In this document: positions 26,925-36,067 of the stretch, piece after piece | Numbering within the stretch: the first letter of the stretch is position 1 | Layout: the number at the start of each line of letters is the position of its first letter | Sequence record: NZ_CP016173.1 | Source: a plasmid | Direction: 5' to 3' (one strand) | DNA: 64,000 bases | The notes under the pieces: model-generated | Seen by the model: only the letters and a program-made list of their open reading frames with translations | The model's database searches: none | Told to the model about the DNA's origin: nothing | Translations under genes and position numbers: made by a program

Positions 26925-29126
26925 TTACGCTAGTTCAGGCGCATCGCCACTCATGCGGCGCTCGTACTCTTCGAAGGAGACACGCCCCAGCACGACATCT
27001 TCAAGCGATTTAAATTGGTCGCCACTGAGCTTGTCGAACTGGTTTTCTCGCACTATCTGCGGCTCTTCATAGCCGTTGGCGACCTCGCCCTTGGCGTTCA
27101 CAAGCCACACCTCGCCCTCGCCCTGCCCGTATCCTGGCTCGAAATCGGGCGCAGTCACCACGTACCGATACTCGTCTTCGGCAATGCCCGAGTAGCCATC
27201 TTCGGCGAGATAGACCCGGCCCTCGGCAAGGGCCTTTCTCATGTCAATCACGCCATCTTGCTCCAACGACGGCGCGGCCTGGTACAGGTAGGAGCCGACG
27301 ACATTGCCATTGATATCAGTCAGCGGAAAATCATCTTTCCCACTACGGACTGTCGAGGCAGCGTCCCGCAGGATGCGGGCCACTTCACTTGCAGCATCGT
27401 TTTCGAATGCCGCATTGCCAGTCTCGATAACAACTCGCACCGCTCCATCCTGCAAGGGTCCGTCTGGGAGCTTGTCCGCGACATCCATGCAGCCAACGCG
27501 ATTGCCATTGATGTCGTATAGCTTGAAGTCGGCGCCCCAAAGGCCTGGCAGCGATTTGATCTTGTCGCCGGCATTTTGGATGATGCGAGCAACCTCTTCA
27601 TTGCGTCCCGTATCGACAAAAGCGGCATTGCCCGTATCTTCGATCAAGAGCGTCACATACAGCTTTTTCATTTGAAAATCCTCCCAAAACCGTTCGTCGC
27701 TCAGTTCCCGCACGCGCTTTTCATCCAGGGGCACCCAAAGCGGTTGACCCCGAAGATCAATCTTGATGGTGCGGTCATGCGGATCGTCGTGGAAGGTCAG
27801 ACCATCCACACCAGGCAAGTCACCAAATAGCGCCTTTACGCTCGCCTCGATTGTGCAAATGGCATGGTCCTCCTTACTACTGAGCCCCCCTTCGTGAGCG
27901 CTCAGCCGCGCCAAAATGCAATGTTGCGCCGCGAGCTCTCGCATCTGCTCCTGCAATTGCAACGCGGCCGAGAGCGATAGCCCAGTCCCTTCGCGCAGCG
28001 CCTCCACGAATTGCCGCTGATTCTCTGCGAGGTTTGCCATCCGCGCGGCATCGCCGACCGCTTGTATCTGCCCGATCAACTCAAGAGACTCGTCACATTG
28101 CTCTTGGGCATACTCTTGGAAGTCGCATACAACAAACGGCCCTTCTTCCGGGCACGCTTTCATGAGCTCCGCCATCGCATATTCGGCTCCTGTCTTGGAG
28201 AGAAGGGTCACGCCCTCGAAGTCGGGGTCCGGCAATTTCAGGCTTAGGGATGTCTTACCGTTCGCATATAGTCTGCCAAACGCGCGGCCATGCTTATCCA
28301 GCACGATAAGGCGGTTCGTGGTGAGTACGTTGGGAGGCCGGTTGGCGGCTTCTTGCCACGCATTTGCGTGCTGTCGCAGTGTGGCGATGGTCTCAGTGCG
28401 AAGGTCTTCGGTGTCCTTCACCACGAGCGTCTCGCCGTCCATGTCGAAGGAAAGCTGGACGGTCTCTCCAAGCTGATTTTTCACCTGCACATGCTTATGG
28501 CTCTCGACTAGCTCCGCCAATTGATCCTCTGGGACGTTGGCGCCATGGGCGGTCAAGCCGTCTTCATCCCGCGTCGTCTGCACCACCACCGGCTTTCCGT
28601 CCACCAGCCAGAAGCCGTCTTTGCCTTGCGAGATCTCCATACGAATTCCTTGCTCGTTCATAAAATAAGCGCGCACCTGCGCTGACTCTTCGGGCGACAA
28701 CCGGCGAACATTCTGGATGTCCCAGACAAAGACGCTTGAAGGCGAAGCCCAATCGTCGTTCTCCCATACTTGGATCCCCCCGTACCCAAGCTGCCGCGCC
28801 GCTTGAGGAAGCGGAAGCTCGTCGGCCAGGAAGTAGTCCACGAAAGGCTTTCCGCGCTGCGCGGATTCCAGCGCTTCGGTCAGTCTCTCGCGATCCTGCT
28901 CAAACAATCCTGGGTGCTCCAACGCCCTGGTCAGAATCGACTCGGCGACATCTTTGTCTGTGGTGTCCGCTATGCGTACCTGACCCAGGTCATAGACCTC
29001 GACGCCGGCGTTGGTCGGATCGAAATAGGTGCTACTTCCCTGCGTGGAAAAATAGGCACCATTGGGGCCTATATCGCCGCGCCTGACGCCCAGCAGACCC
29101 ACAGAACGTGGAAGTTCAAAAGCCAT
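26925..29126 (-). CDS. large uncharacterised protein with two tandem 'TGNAAF…EVARI…DINGNxVG' repeat domains (733 aa)
   Basis: Repeats at aa ~489-560 and ~561-632 (nt ~27231..27662): …EDTGNAAFVDTGRNEEVARIIQNAG…LYDINGNRVGCMDV… and …ETGNAAFENDAASEVARILRDAAS…LTDINGNVVGSYLY…. Confidence 0.75.
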   Translation of the reverse strand: MAFELPRSVGLLGVRRGDIGPNGAYFSTQGSSTYFDPTNAGVEVYDLGQVRIADTTDKDVAESILTRALEHPGLFEQDRERLTEALESAQRGKPFVDYFLADELPLPQAARQLGYGGIQVWENDDWASPSSVFVWDIQNVRRLSPEESAQVRAYFMNEQGIRMEISQGKDGFWLVDGKPVVVQTTRDEDGLTAHGANVPEDQLAELVESHKHVQVKNQLGETVQLSFDMDGETLVVKDTEDLRTETIATLRQHANAWQEAANRPPNVLTTNRLIVLDKHGRAFGRLYANGKTSLSLKLPDPDFEGVTLLSKTGAEYAMAELMKACPEEGPFVVCDFQEYAQEQCDESLELIGQIQAVGDAARMANLAENQRQFVEALREGTGLSLSAALQLQEQMRELAAQHCILARLSAHEGGLSSKEDHAICTIEASVKALFGDLPGVDGLTFHDDPHDRTIKIDLRGQPLWVPLDEKRVRELSDERFWEDFQMKKLYVTLLIEDTGNAAFVDTGRNEEVARIIQNAGDKIKSLPGLWGADFKLYDINGNRVGCMDVADKLPDGPLQDGAVRVVIETGNAAFENDAASEVARILRDAASTVRSGKDDFPLTDINGNVVGSYLYQAAPSLEQDGVIDMRKALAEGRVYLAEDGYSGIAEDEYRYVVTAPDFEPGYGQGEGEVWLVNAKGEVANGYEEPQIVRENQFDKLSGDQFKSLEDVVLGRVSFEEYERRMSGDAPELA

Positions 29127-29130
29127 CGCG

Positions 29131-29553
29131 TCACTGCATCACAGATGCCGACGTGCCGCCCAGATAGCTGGCATATAGCCGGAGCACATCATCCAGGCGC
29201 CGCAAGCTGCTTTCGTCCACCTTCGCGTCGAAGTTGTAGTCCATATCGGCTTCTGACACCACATTGAGCAACACTTCCTCGTCATCGAGCACCACCGTCG
29301 CGTAGAGGACGTTGCGCGCTTCATCCCCTTCGCGCTGGAGCAGCCCGAACTCGATGACGTTATCTCGATGGCTCAGGGTCGCCGAGAGACTGGACTCATC
29401 CGGCGAACGGCGGACCACCCATTGACGTCCGAACTCCCGCACACCGTCGGGGCGCACGATCACCTCTTCGTCTTTCTCCTCGCCTGGTCCAGGCAGCGAG
29501 CTCATAAACGACAGGACGTGCTCCCGCACCATCCGGCAGGTTGCTGCGGTCAT
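29131..29553 (-). CDS. hypothetical acidic protein (140 aa)
   Basis: ORF 29131..29571 trimmed to the Met that overlaps the upstream stop (ATGA). Confidence 0.5.
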   Translation of the reverse strand: MTAATCRMVREHVLSFMSSLPGPGEEKDEEVIVRPDGVREFGRQWVVRRSPDESSLSATLSHRDNVIEFGLLQREGDEARNVLYATVVLDDEEVLLNVVSEADMDYNFDAKVDESSLRRLDDVLRLYASYLGGTSASVMQ

Positions 29554-30104
29554 GTTGATGCTCCTTCGCAAAAAAGGCGCGACCCGTCAAAGACGAGTGC
29601 CGCGCCCGATTGATGTTCCAGTTTGGCGATCGCAACATCCAACGGATGCCCTTCAAGCCATGATGATCGCTGGTGATAAAGCCGCACGAAAGCGGCCAAC
29701 CCGTCCAGGGTGTCGAACTGTTGCGCCCGCGACGCTCCCAAGCTCACCAGCTCGATAGGTAGGCCAAGGTCGAACAGGTAACGCACCGTCTGCTGCGGCG
29801 CGCGCGCTTGTATTTCAGCGTGAGTTTCCCCAAGTACTGTGGGCTGCATTTCAGCGGTCACCACAAGGAGGCGACTCGTATCCGCGCACATTGATCGCGC
29901 GAAAGTCCCGGCCACAAGGTGCCCGCCTGCGCAGGCAAAGGCTCGTGTACGGCACAAGGCCTTCCCCAGCCCTGCCGCCTCGTACTCGGGCAAGGCAAGC
30001 TCAACGATTGGGGTGCCAGGCAGCGTGGGCAAGTTTTGGCCAGGCGGAATCCAGGCCGACATCGCCTTCGCGCTTAGTTGTGGGCCAAGCAGATCCGTTC
30101 CCAT
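29550..30104 (-). CDS. hypothetical protein (184 aa)
   Basis: Co-directional ORF. Weak RBS, so the start is uncertain (alternative at 30062). Confidence 0.45.
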   Translation of the reverse strand: MGTDLLGPQLSAKAMSAWIPPGQNLPTLPGTPIVELALPEYEAAGLGKALCRTRAFACAGGHLVAGTFARSMCADTSRLLVVTAEMQPTVLGETHAEIQARAPQQTVRYLFDLGLPIELVSLGASRAQQFDTLDGLAAFVRLYHQRSSWLEGHPLDVAIAKLEHQSGAALVFDGSRLFCEGAST

Positions 30105-30210
30105 GAGCCACCATTTCTTAGCATGGCCGCATGTTAACTCACATGGACATCAAAAAACAATTTTTTTGACGGGTCAGATTGACACACTACCGACGAGGCC
30201 CCGCCGTTTT

Positions 30211-30366
30211 TTAGAATAGCAGCGGGCCAGCAACCCACACCAAGGCATAAAGCGCACCCCCACCACAATATATGTGCTGGGGGTCTCCCTCCGGCTCAGC
30301 GCTCACTGCGAACAGCACGGCAAGCAGCGACGTGCCCACGCCAAAGAGCGCGGCTGGCAGATTCAT
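30211..30366 (-). CDS. small membrane peptide (52 aa)
   Basis: ORF 30211..30492 trimmed to MNLPAALFGVGTSLLAVLFAV…ALYALVWVAGPLLF with an AAGGA RBS. Two hydrophobic helices. Confidence 0.3.
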   Translation of the reverse strand: MNLPAALFGVGTSLLAVLFAVSAEPEGDPQHIYCGGGALYALVWVAGPLLF

Positions 30367-30421
30367 GTTCATCCTTGATTCGACGGTGGGTGGCCCCGCA
30401 TAACGTCCGCTTGTCCGGACG

Positions 30422-31168
30422 CTATGGTTCAAACTCCTGACGCTCAGCAGGAGCGATATCCCACACGTCATCGAGCACGGCTGTCGATGCAAGCGTTTCC
30501 TCGGCGTTCATGACGTGGGTCTGCGGCGCCCGATCAATCGCCTCTACTGTGCGCCATAGCTGTTTTCCCAGAGCTGCGGAAACGCTATCCTGGCCCGCTG
30601 AGCCGATGGCTCTCACACCAGCGCTGATGAGCGTCTCCGCGCGGCAACCCGCTTCGACGCCAAGTGCGGCCTCTACGGTTTCTATCGTCCGCGATGCACG
30701 CGCAAGCACCGCGTAGGTGTGCCCGGCCAGCCAACCCACATCTGGCGTATGCCCCACTTGGACCGATTGCTCTAGATGCTGCGCAACATCGCGTAGATAG
30801 GTTTCGTAATCCACGATGGCGCCATTAAGGAACACGGCGGCCGCACCGGCATAGCCTCGCACGCCAGTGGTTTCGTCACCCTCTTCCTTCAGGCGAGCAT
30901 AAAGCTCCAGAACGGCCGCTATAACTGCACTGCGCTTGCGCGAGCTGCGCTCTTCCGGATCCTCGCTATCCCCGTTTGCCGCCGTGAATGCCTCTGCGAG
31001 CCTATCGCGGCATTCGGCGAGCACCCGCATCACATAGCCGTCCTGAGCAAAGAGCAATACATCCCGATCAAACGCCCCGCTACGTTCCGCGTCCTGCAGG
31101 TCCGCGATCACAAGCTCCTTTAGGAAGGGCTGGTAAACGGGGGTAGGACATTTGCGATCCGGTTCCAT
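30422..31168 (-). CDS. hypothetical protein (248 aa)
   Basis: GAAGGTAGAGGGG RBS region. No motif recognised. Confidence 0.55.
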   Translation of the reverse strand: MEPDRKCPTPVYQPFLKELVIADLQDAERSGAFDRDVLLFAQDGYVMRVLAECRDRLAEAFTAANGDSEDPEERSSRKRSAVIAAVLELYARLKEEGDETTGVRGYAGAAAVFLNGAIVDYETYLRDVAQHLEQSVQVGHTPDVGWLAGHTYAVLARASRTIETVEAALGVEAGCRAETLISAGVRAIGSAGQDSVSAALGKQLWRTVEAIDRAPQTHVMNAEETLASTAVLDDVWDIAPAERQEFEP

Positions 31169-31175
31169 GTCCCCT

Positions 31176-31667
31176 CTACCTTCCCAGGCTAAGGCCCCCG
31201 GTGCCCATCACGGCGCGACGGTTGTCCATCGCCCCTGCCGGGATCGCCGGCACATCATCGCGCGCGGGCCGCTCCATGCTCTCGGGCAGGACGTAACCCA
31301 TCTGCTCGACTGCCAGCGCATATACCCGCACCAGGTCGTGCCGCAGGTGGAAGATGACGCCTTCAAACACATCGGTGACGTAAGGCGCAACCTCGGAAAA
31401 AGCTCGGGGCTTCACCGGAATCGCATGCACCGGAAATACCGGATTCGGTGCGCCGAGCTCAAACTCATAACCGCAGCCACCCATGCCAAGACGGCGCGAC
31501 AGCGAATCTGCCATGACCAAGGCACAAGGCAAGGCGATTTCGGCTACATCACTGGCGAAAAGCCGCCCACCGTCATAAATGAAATTTGCCCCAGCTTTGA
31601 TTTTTTGGTCAGCCAAGCCCGTCATCAGCGCTGTCAGTTGCGCGCCCAATCCTACGTGTGAATCCAT
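31176..31667 (-). CDS. hypothetical protein (~163 aa)
   Basis: ORF 31176..31676 starts with GTG. The ATG at 31667 is preferred. Confidence 0.5.
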   Translation of the reverse strand: MDSHVGLGAQLTALMTGLADQKIKAGANFIYDGGRLFASDVAEIALPCALVMADSLSRRLGMGGCGYEFELGAPNPVFPVHAIPVKPRAFSEVAPYVTDVFEGVIFHLRHDLVRVYALAVEQMGYVLPESMERPARDDVPAIPAGAMDNRRAVMGTGGLSLGR

Positions 31668-31681
31668 AATCCTCACCAGTT

Positions 31682-32590
31682 TCAGCGTCTCTTCTGAGAC
31701 TCGACAATGAGCTCCGACATCTCGGATACTCGTTCAAGCGTCCTCGAATGGGCCTCGATAACATGGTCATACGACATGCCACCAAGGCGCTCGTACTGCG
31801 CGATCATGATGGACCGATCCACCGGCGCCATCGACCGCAGGCGCATTACGTCCCGCGCGGCGTGGTGCTTGTAGACTTCACACATCAGCCCGACGCTCAC
31901 ACCGTAAAGACGTTGGAGCACAGACTGCCTGGTGAACTCGATCGCGTCGGAGGGAGTCAGCATGTTTGCGTGCTTCTCCGCTTCGGCCACCACAGCCAGC
32001 AACAAACGATTTACCAGGGCCTCATGGTCGGCTTGGTAGTAGTCAAAGAGATTGACCAGCCCATAGACCTTCGGCAAAGCCTCCATCGCGCATAGCTTGC
32101 GCGCGCGCTCAAGATCAGGCGCCTCGGGGTATCCGACCATCACCCCGATGGCCTGATGGTTCACGACCTGCTCGAAAAGCCGCAGTAGCACCGGTTTGGA
32201 TAGCGAACGGCTCTTGCCAGGAGCAAGTTGGGCCCACTTCCATTCCTCTGTCACAACATCCAACGCAATGTTGGTCAAAGCGTTGAAGGCGGGCGCAAAG
32301 TCGCTGCTATCGGAACGGACACCAAGCAAGCCGAGCCCAGCCTCGCGAATGGAGGCGACACGATCCATTATGGAATCCAAACTGCGCAGCAGATCGGCAT
32401 CGATCACGTCACCGCTCATCGCCGTGGCCATGCCCACGACGCGCGACGCGAGTTTGATTCCGGCGCACCGGCGCCGCGTCTCGGCCGCAGCGATCCGACG
32501 AACCTCGTCGTCATCGACCTGGACGATTGTGCTGTCATCGTCCAGCGTCTGATCAAGGCCATACAGCGCCTGGGGATCAAAGTTGGTCAC
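31682..32590 (-). CDS. hypothetical protein (302 aa), N-terminus (V/M)TNFDP…
   Basis: GTG start with a GGTGGAG RBS. The N-terminal TNFDPQAL resembles the SNFDPSKL N-terminus of the 62318..63622 gene. Confidence 0.55.
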   Translation of the reverse strand: MTNFDPQALYGLDQTLDDDSTIVQVDDDEVRRIAAAETRRRCAGIKLASRVVGMATAMSGDVIDADLLRSLDSIMDRVASIREAGLGLLGVRSDSSDFAPAFNALTNIALDVVTEEWKWAQLAPGKSRSLSKPVLLRLFEQVVNHQAIGVMVGYPEAPDLERARKLCAMEALPKVYGLVNLFDYYQADHEALVNRLLLAVVAEAEKHANMLTPSDAIEFTRQSVLQRLYGVSVGLMCEVYKHHAARDVMRLRSMAPVDRSIMIAQYERLGGMSYDHVIEAHSRTLERVSEMSELIVESQKRR

Positions 32591-32734
32591 AACAACTCCA
32601 CCACTGAATCAAAACGTATCATTTGATACTTTATATGAATTTATCAGTTCTTTTCTGTTTATCGGCTTACGGAAGGCCTTCTTAAATTTGTCTGCTTTCC
32701 AAGACAAAGCGCCCATATTCCCCGAACTTGGCCC

Positions 32735-33538
32735 TTACTGAGACAATTTGGCCCACATCATCACTCCAACGCACGTTACAAAAAAAATCACAAGTATGTT
32801 GAATTGATACCGCATCCATAGCTGCCGACATGCCCAGCGCAGCGGCCTGGCCCGAGCAGCCTCAATTTCGGCCACCAAGTCGCGACGGACGCGCTCCAGG
32901 CGATTGTTGCTATACGACAGGTCTTTTATCTGCGCGCAGCCGTGCCGGAGATACTCCACTAAGCCCCATTCCTCAATGTTCTCGCCCCATACCTCCGGGG
33001 CAACGGGGGTCAGCTGCGCAGCGACCATCGTGGAGAGCGATACCCCAGATCGACGGTCTGGGGTGTATTCGAAGACGATGCCGAATTGCTCATATAAGCG
33101 GTTCCTCCGCTCACGATTCTCGTCGGACCCATCCACAGTCGATAGCGAAATCTGGCGCACTTGCGCTGTCGGCCATTGCTTGGCCCAGCGCACCACCTCG
33201 TCAAGCAGGTATGTGCCGATGTGAGCGCCACGGGGAATCCCCTCGCCATTGACCATCACGCTGCCGCCCGTGATGCTTACTCTTCCTGACCCGTCGGGAG
33301 ACCAATCCCATCTCCCCATAAAACGGTGGTTGTTGAATCCCCCGCGCGCCCCATCAAGCGCCACATAGGAAAGCGTAATCGCCGCGTGATGCTCGCTGCG
33401 GGACTCTTCGCGGTACACCAGCAAACGACATTGAATGCGGCTTGGCTCCTTTCGATCCCTTACCACCAGCACTCTCGCCGACGGTGGCATTTCATCGCTG
33501 GATCGGCCACGCCAGTTTTTCCAGAACAGGAGCGACAT
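32735..33538 (-). CDS. GNAT-like acetyltransferase-fold protein with C-terminal TM helix (267 aa)
   Basis: ORF trimmed to MSLLFWKNWRG…. Motif …NGEGIPRGAHIGTYLLDEVVRWAKQ…NRLYEQFGIVFEY resembles GNAT motif A (R/QxxGxG/A) and motif B. C-terminal hydrophobic tail FNILVIFFVTCVGVMMWA. Confidence 0.45.
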   Translation of the reverse strand: MSLLFWKNWRGRSSDEMPPSARVLVVRDRKEPSRIQCRLLVYREESRSEHHAAITLSYVALDGARGGFNNHRFMGRWDWSPDGSGRVSITGGSVMVNGEGIPRGAHIGTYLLDEVVRWAKQWPTAQVRQISLSTVDGSDENRERRNRLYEQFGIVFEYTPDRRSGVSLSTMVAAQLTPVAPEVWGENIEEWGLVEYLRHGCAQIKDLSYSNNRLERVRRDLVAEIEAARARPLRWACRQLWMRYQFNILVIFFVTCVGVMMWAKLSQ

Positions 33539-33548
33539 GCCCGCGCCC

Positions 33549-34736
33549 TCAAATGAATTGACCGTAGGAGCCGAGCACGTATTCGGCTTGCCGATCCACG
33601 CAGATCCAGCGACGCCCCAACCTTTCGGCGGCAAGTCCTACCTTGCACCGACCGGCCAGGCAATCGACAACCAGTTGGCCCCTCTCCGTCAAAAACTCGA
33701 TGAGAAACTGAGCCAGGCGCACGGGCATCGATGCGCCATGAGTGGCCAGGCCATGCTCCGCGCAATACCGGCGATACGCGGCGTCACGATCGTCTGCACA
33801 GCGCGCAAATTCAAGGACATTCTTCGGAATTCTTCCTTCGGTTTGCCTGGAATACGCCCCCACGCGCTTTCTATAGGCGCCGTCGGAATGCACCGCGCCT
33901 GCCTTTATCCCGCCCGCCCGCACGAAGCGGGAGTGCTGCTCGCTATGCGGCTCCAAAACCCTCCGGTTGTCCGCGAGAACGCGGTCCGGATCGTTGGTAA
34001 GCCAGTACACGGGCTCATATGCCGTATTGAGCTGCACGCGCTTCTTGCTCGCCCATGCGACCGGGCCAGGTGGCTTGGGAGAAGTCCAAATGATCTCGTC
34101 CATCTTGTACAAGCCCAGGCGAGCGTGCAACGCCAGTATCAACCGTTCCCGATACAGCGAACGTGCCGGCGACCTCTGCATGAAAACGTCATTGCCGACG
34201 TTCAAGCAAATGGATCCGCCTTGCACCAGGTTGCGCACGACAGGCTCAAGAACCTTGCACAGCCAATCGACATAGCGCGATTCGGGCACATTGCCATAGG
34301 CGCGTGGCTGTGCAAGTGGATATGGCGGCGATGTCACGATCAAGTGGATGGGCTCCGAGATCTTCGTGAAGAAATGCTCGCACGATGAAATAACAGCGAT
34401 ACCCAGCTCCGTCGAAAAGCCGAGGATAGCGGCGCCATCGGCAATCAACGGCAGTCCGCTTCCGTCAATGCCCTTTCCTGTCAATTGCCACAAACCACGC
34501 TGGCCTGCAGGTTCAATTACCCCGGCATGCTTTAACGTCTGCTGATACCACCGCACGCGGCGTTTCAAGAGACTCACGGGGGACTGCGCCTGGCCCACAG
34601 GCCGCCGCTCCTCAAAAGCCTCGCTACTGATACCTGTTGCCCTCGCCACAGCGTCGTAAAGACGCTCCTGGCTCACGGGTTCACCGGCCTGCACGTAAGT
34701 CTCAGCCACCGCCGCGAAGAGATTCAAATCCTTCAC
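33549..34736 (-). CDS. orphan DNA methyltransferase, beta-class (N6-adenine/N4-cytosine; motif IV before motif I) with ~130-aa N-terminal extension
   Basis: IVTSPPYP (motif IV, S/DPPY/F) upstream of C-terminal VVDCLAGRCKVGLAAERLGRRWICVD (FxGxG-like motif I). No restriction endonuclease nearby. GTG start with an AAGGGG RBS. Confidence 0.8.
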   Translation of the reverse strand: MKDLNLFAAVAETYVQAGEPVSQERLYDAVARATGISSEAFEERRPVGQAQSPVSLLKRRVRWYQQTLKHAGVIEPAGQRGLWQLTGKGIDGSGLPLIADGAAILGFSTELGIAVISSCEHFFTKISEPIHLIVTSPPYPLAQPRAYGNVPESRYVDWLCKVLEPVVRNLVQGGSICLNVGNDVFMQRSPARSLYRERLILALHARLGLYKMDEIIWTSPKPPGPVAWASKKRVQLNTAYEPVYWLTNDPDRVLADNRRVLEPHSEQHSRFVRAGGIKAGAVHSDGAYRKRVGAYSRQTEGRIPKNVLEFARCADDRDAAYRRYCAEHGLATHGASMPVRLAQFLIEFLTERGQLVVDCLAGRCKVGLAAERLGRRWICVDRQAEYVLGSYGQFI

Positions 34737-34787
34737 TCTAGCCCCTTAATCAAAGAAGGTATTCTGAAAATAAGGTTGATGGATGTT

Positions 34788-35105
34788 CTAGCGGCGGTCC
34801 CGCAGCCACCACTCCCGCCCAGGTGCCCATTCCTTTTCTGGAACAGGCGGGGCGTCTATGCGTTGATATTGCTGACGCCCCATCCACTCGTAGTCGTCGC
34901 AGGTTTCGAGAAAAACGAACTTCCCTTCTGAATGAAGAAACGCAGGCATCTTCGGTGCTGGGTCTTCCCGGAACGGACCGCTCACGATGGCGATATTGTC
35001 CACTTCGCTGGCTTCCGAATTTGCCGCGATGCAGATTGGTGTATCAGGGCTTACGCCCGACTTCAGCAGCGCATCAAGATAGTCACGCAATTGTTGGACG
35101 TTCAT
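34788..35105 (-). CDS. hypothetical protein (105 aa)
   Basis: ATG with a GGAAG RBS. Confidence 0.5.
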   Translation of the reverse strand: MNVQQLRDYLDALLKSGVSPDTPICIAANSEASEVDNIAIVSGPFREDPAPKMPAFLHSEGKFVFLETCDDYEWMGRQQYQRIDAPPVPEKEWAPGREWWLRDRR

Positions 35106-35219
35106 TTTTAAGCTTCCATGAAAGAACTACGCCTTTTACAAGCGGCTTTTTTTGTATACCGTCCATAGAATGCGGCACGCCGCGCACTCGCTGGCGTTTC
35201 ATATCCGGGCACCCGCCCA

Positions 35220-35423
35220 TCAGATCCCGGCGTCTCGCAGGGCAACGCACTGCTTCGTCGTAAGGGATTCTTCCGCGACCGTTTCGAGACCTTCGTAGAC
35301 CATCACGGCCCAGATGTCGGCAAGGAGGCCAACCACCGGGCCCACCGAAACGCCATCGCCAGGGCCTTCACGCTCGCCCCAATACGCCAATGCGAGCTGA
35401 ATCTGATTCAGCGTGTACTGCAT
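35220..35423 (-). CDS. small hypothetical protein (67 aa)
   Basis: ORF 35220..35456 trimmed to MQYTLNQIQLALAYWGEREG…. Confidence 0.35.
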   Translation of the reverse strand: MQYTLNQIQLALAYWGEREGPGDGVSVGPVVGLLADIWAVMVYEGLETVAEESLTTKQCVALRDAGI

Positions 35424-36067
35424 GCGTCCTCCCGCAGAAACGCTGCTACACCGCACTTGTCAAAACCGTGCTTTGCCTCCCACTGGCGCGCTGCCGATTC
35501 CAGCACACCATGCTTGTCGACTTGGCTCAAGGTTCCACCCCAATCGCGGATGGCATCGATAGTCCTCCCGATAGCGAAAGCGCCTTTCGCCGCACCATCG
35601 GCCCTGGCGTCCCCGTACTCCTGAATGCACGCGATGATGTGCTCCGGTACGCGAGGCCGTTTGTCGTCCTGGGCAACGGGATTCGGCTCTATCTGGCGTT
35701 GTTGCAACAAGCGGGCCTCATGAGGCCCGCCGTCGCCGGTCCCCTCCATCGGATCGACACCGATCACTTCGACATCACGTTTGTCAGAAGCTTCCATCAC
35801 AAGAGGACGGAGTTGCCGAATCGACTTCAGGCGCAGCCGCTGCGCCCCGTCCTCCACGGAGCTATACGCGGCGCCGATAGCACCGCTCATTAAGTGAAGG
35901 AGATCCGCCTTGGCGACAACGTACTCCTCGCTTTTCGGCATAACCACGCCGGCAATGATCTCTGTGAAGGCCTCATGCGCCCTCACTGCATTGGCTGTGT
36001 CGCCCTTGAAGTGCCGAGCGATGATAGTGCTCGCGTAAGCAAGCAGTTCCTGGGGACTATTCGCCAT
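35408..36067 (-). CDS. hypothetical protein (219 aa)
   Basis: ORF 35408..36169 trimmed to MANSPQELLAYASTIIARHF…, starting 10 nt downstream of the ParB-like stop. Confidence 0.5.
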   Translation of the reverse strand: MANSPQELLAYASTIIARHFKGDTANAVRAHEAFTEIIAGVVMPKSEEYVVAKADLLHLMSGAIGAAYSSVEDGAQRLRLKSIRQLRPLVMEASDKRDVEVIGVDPMEGTGDGGPHEARLLQQRQIEPNPVAQDDKRPRVPEHIIACIQEYGDARADGAAKGAFAIGRTIDAIRDWGGTLSQVDKHGVLESAARQWEAKHGFDKCGVAAFLREDACSTR

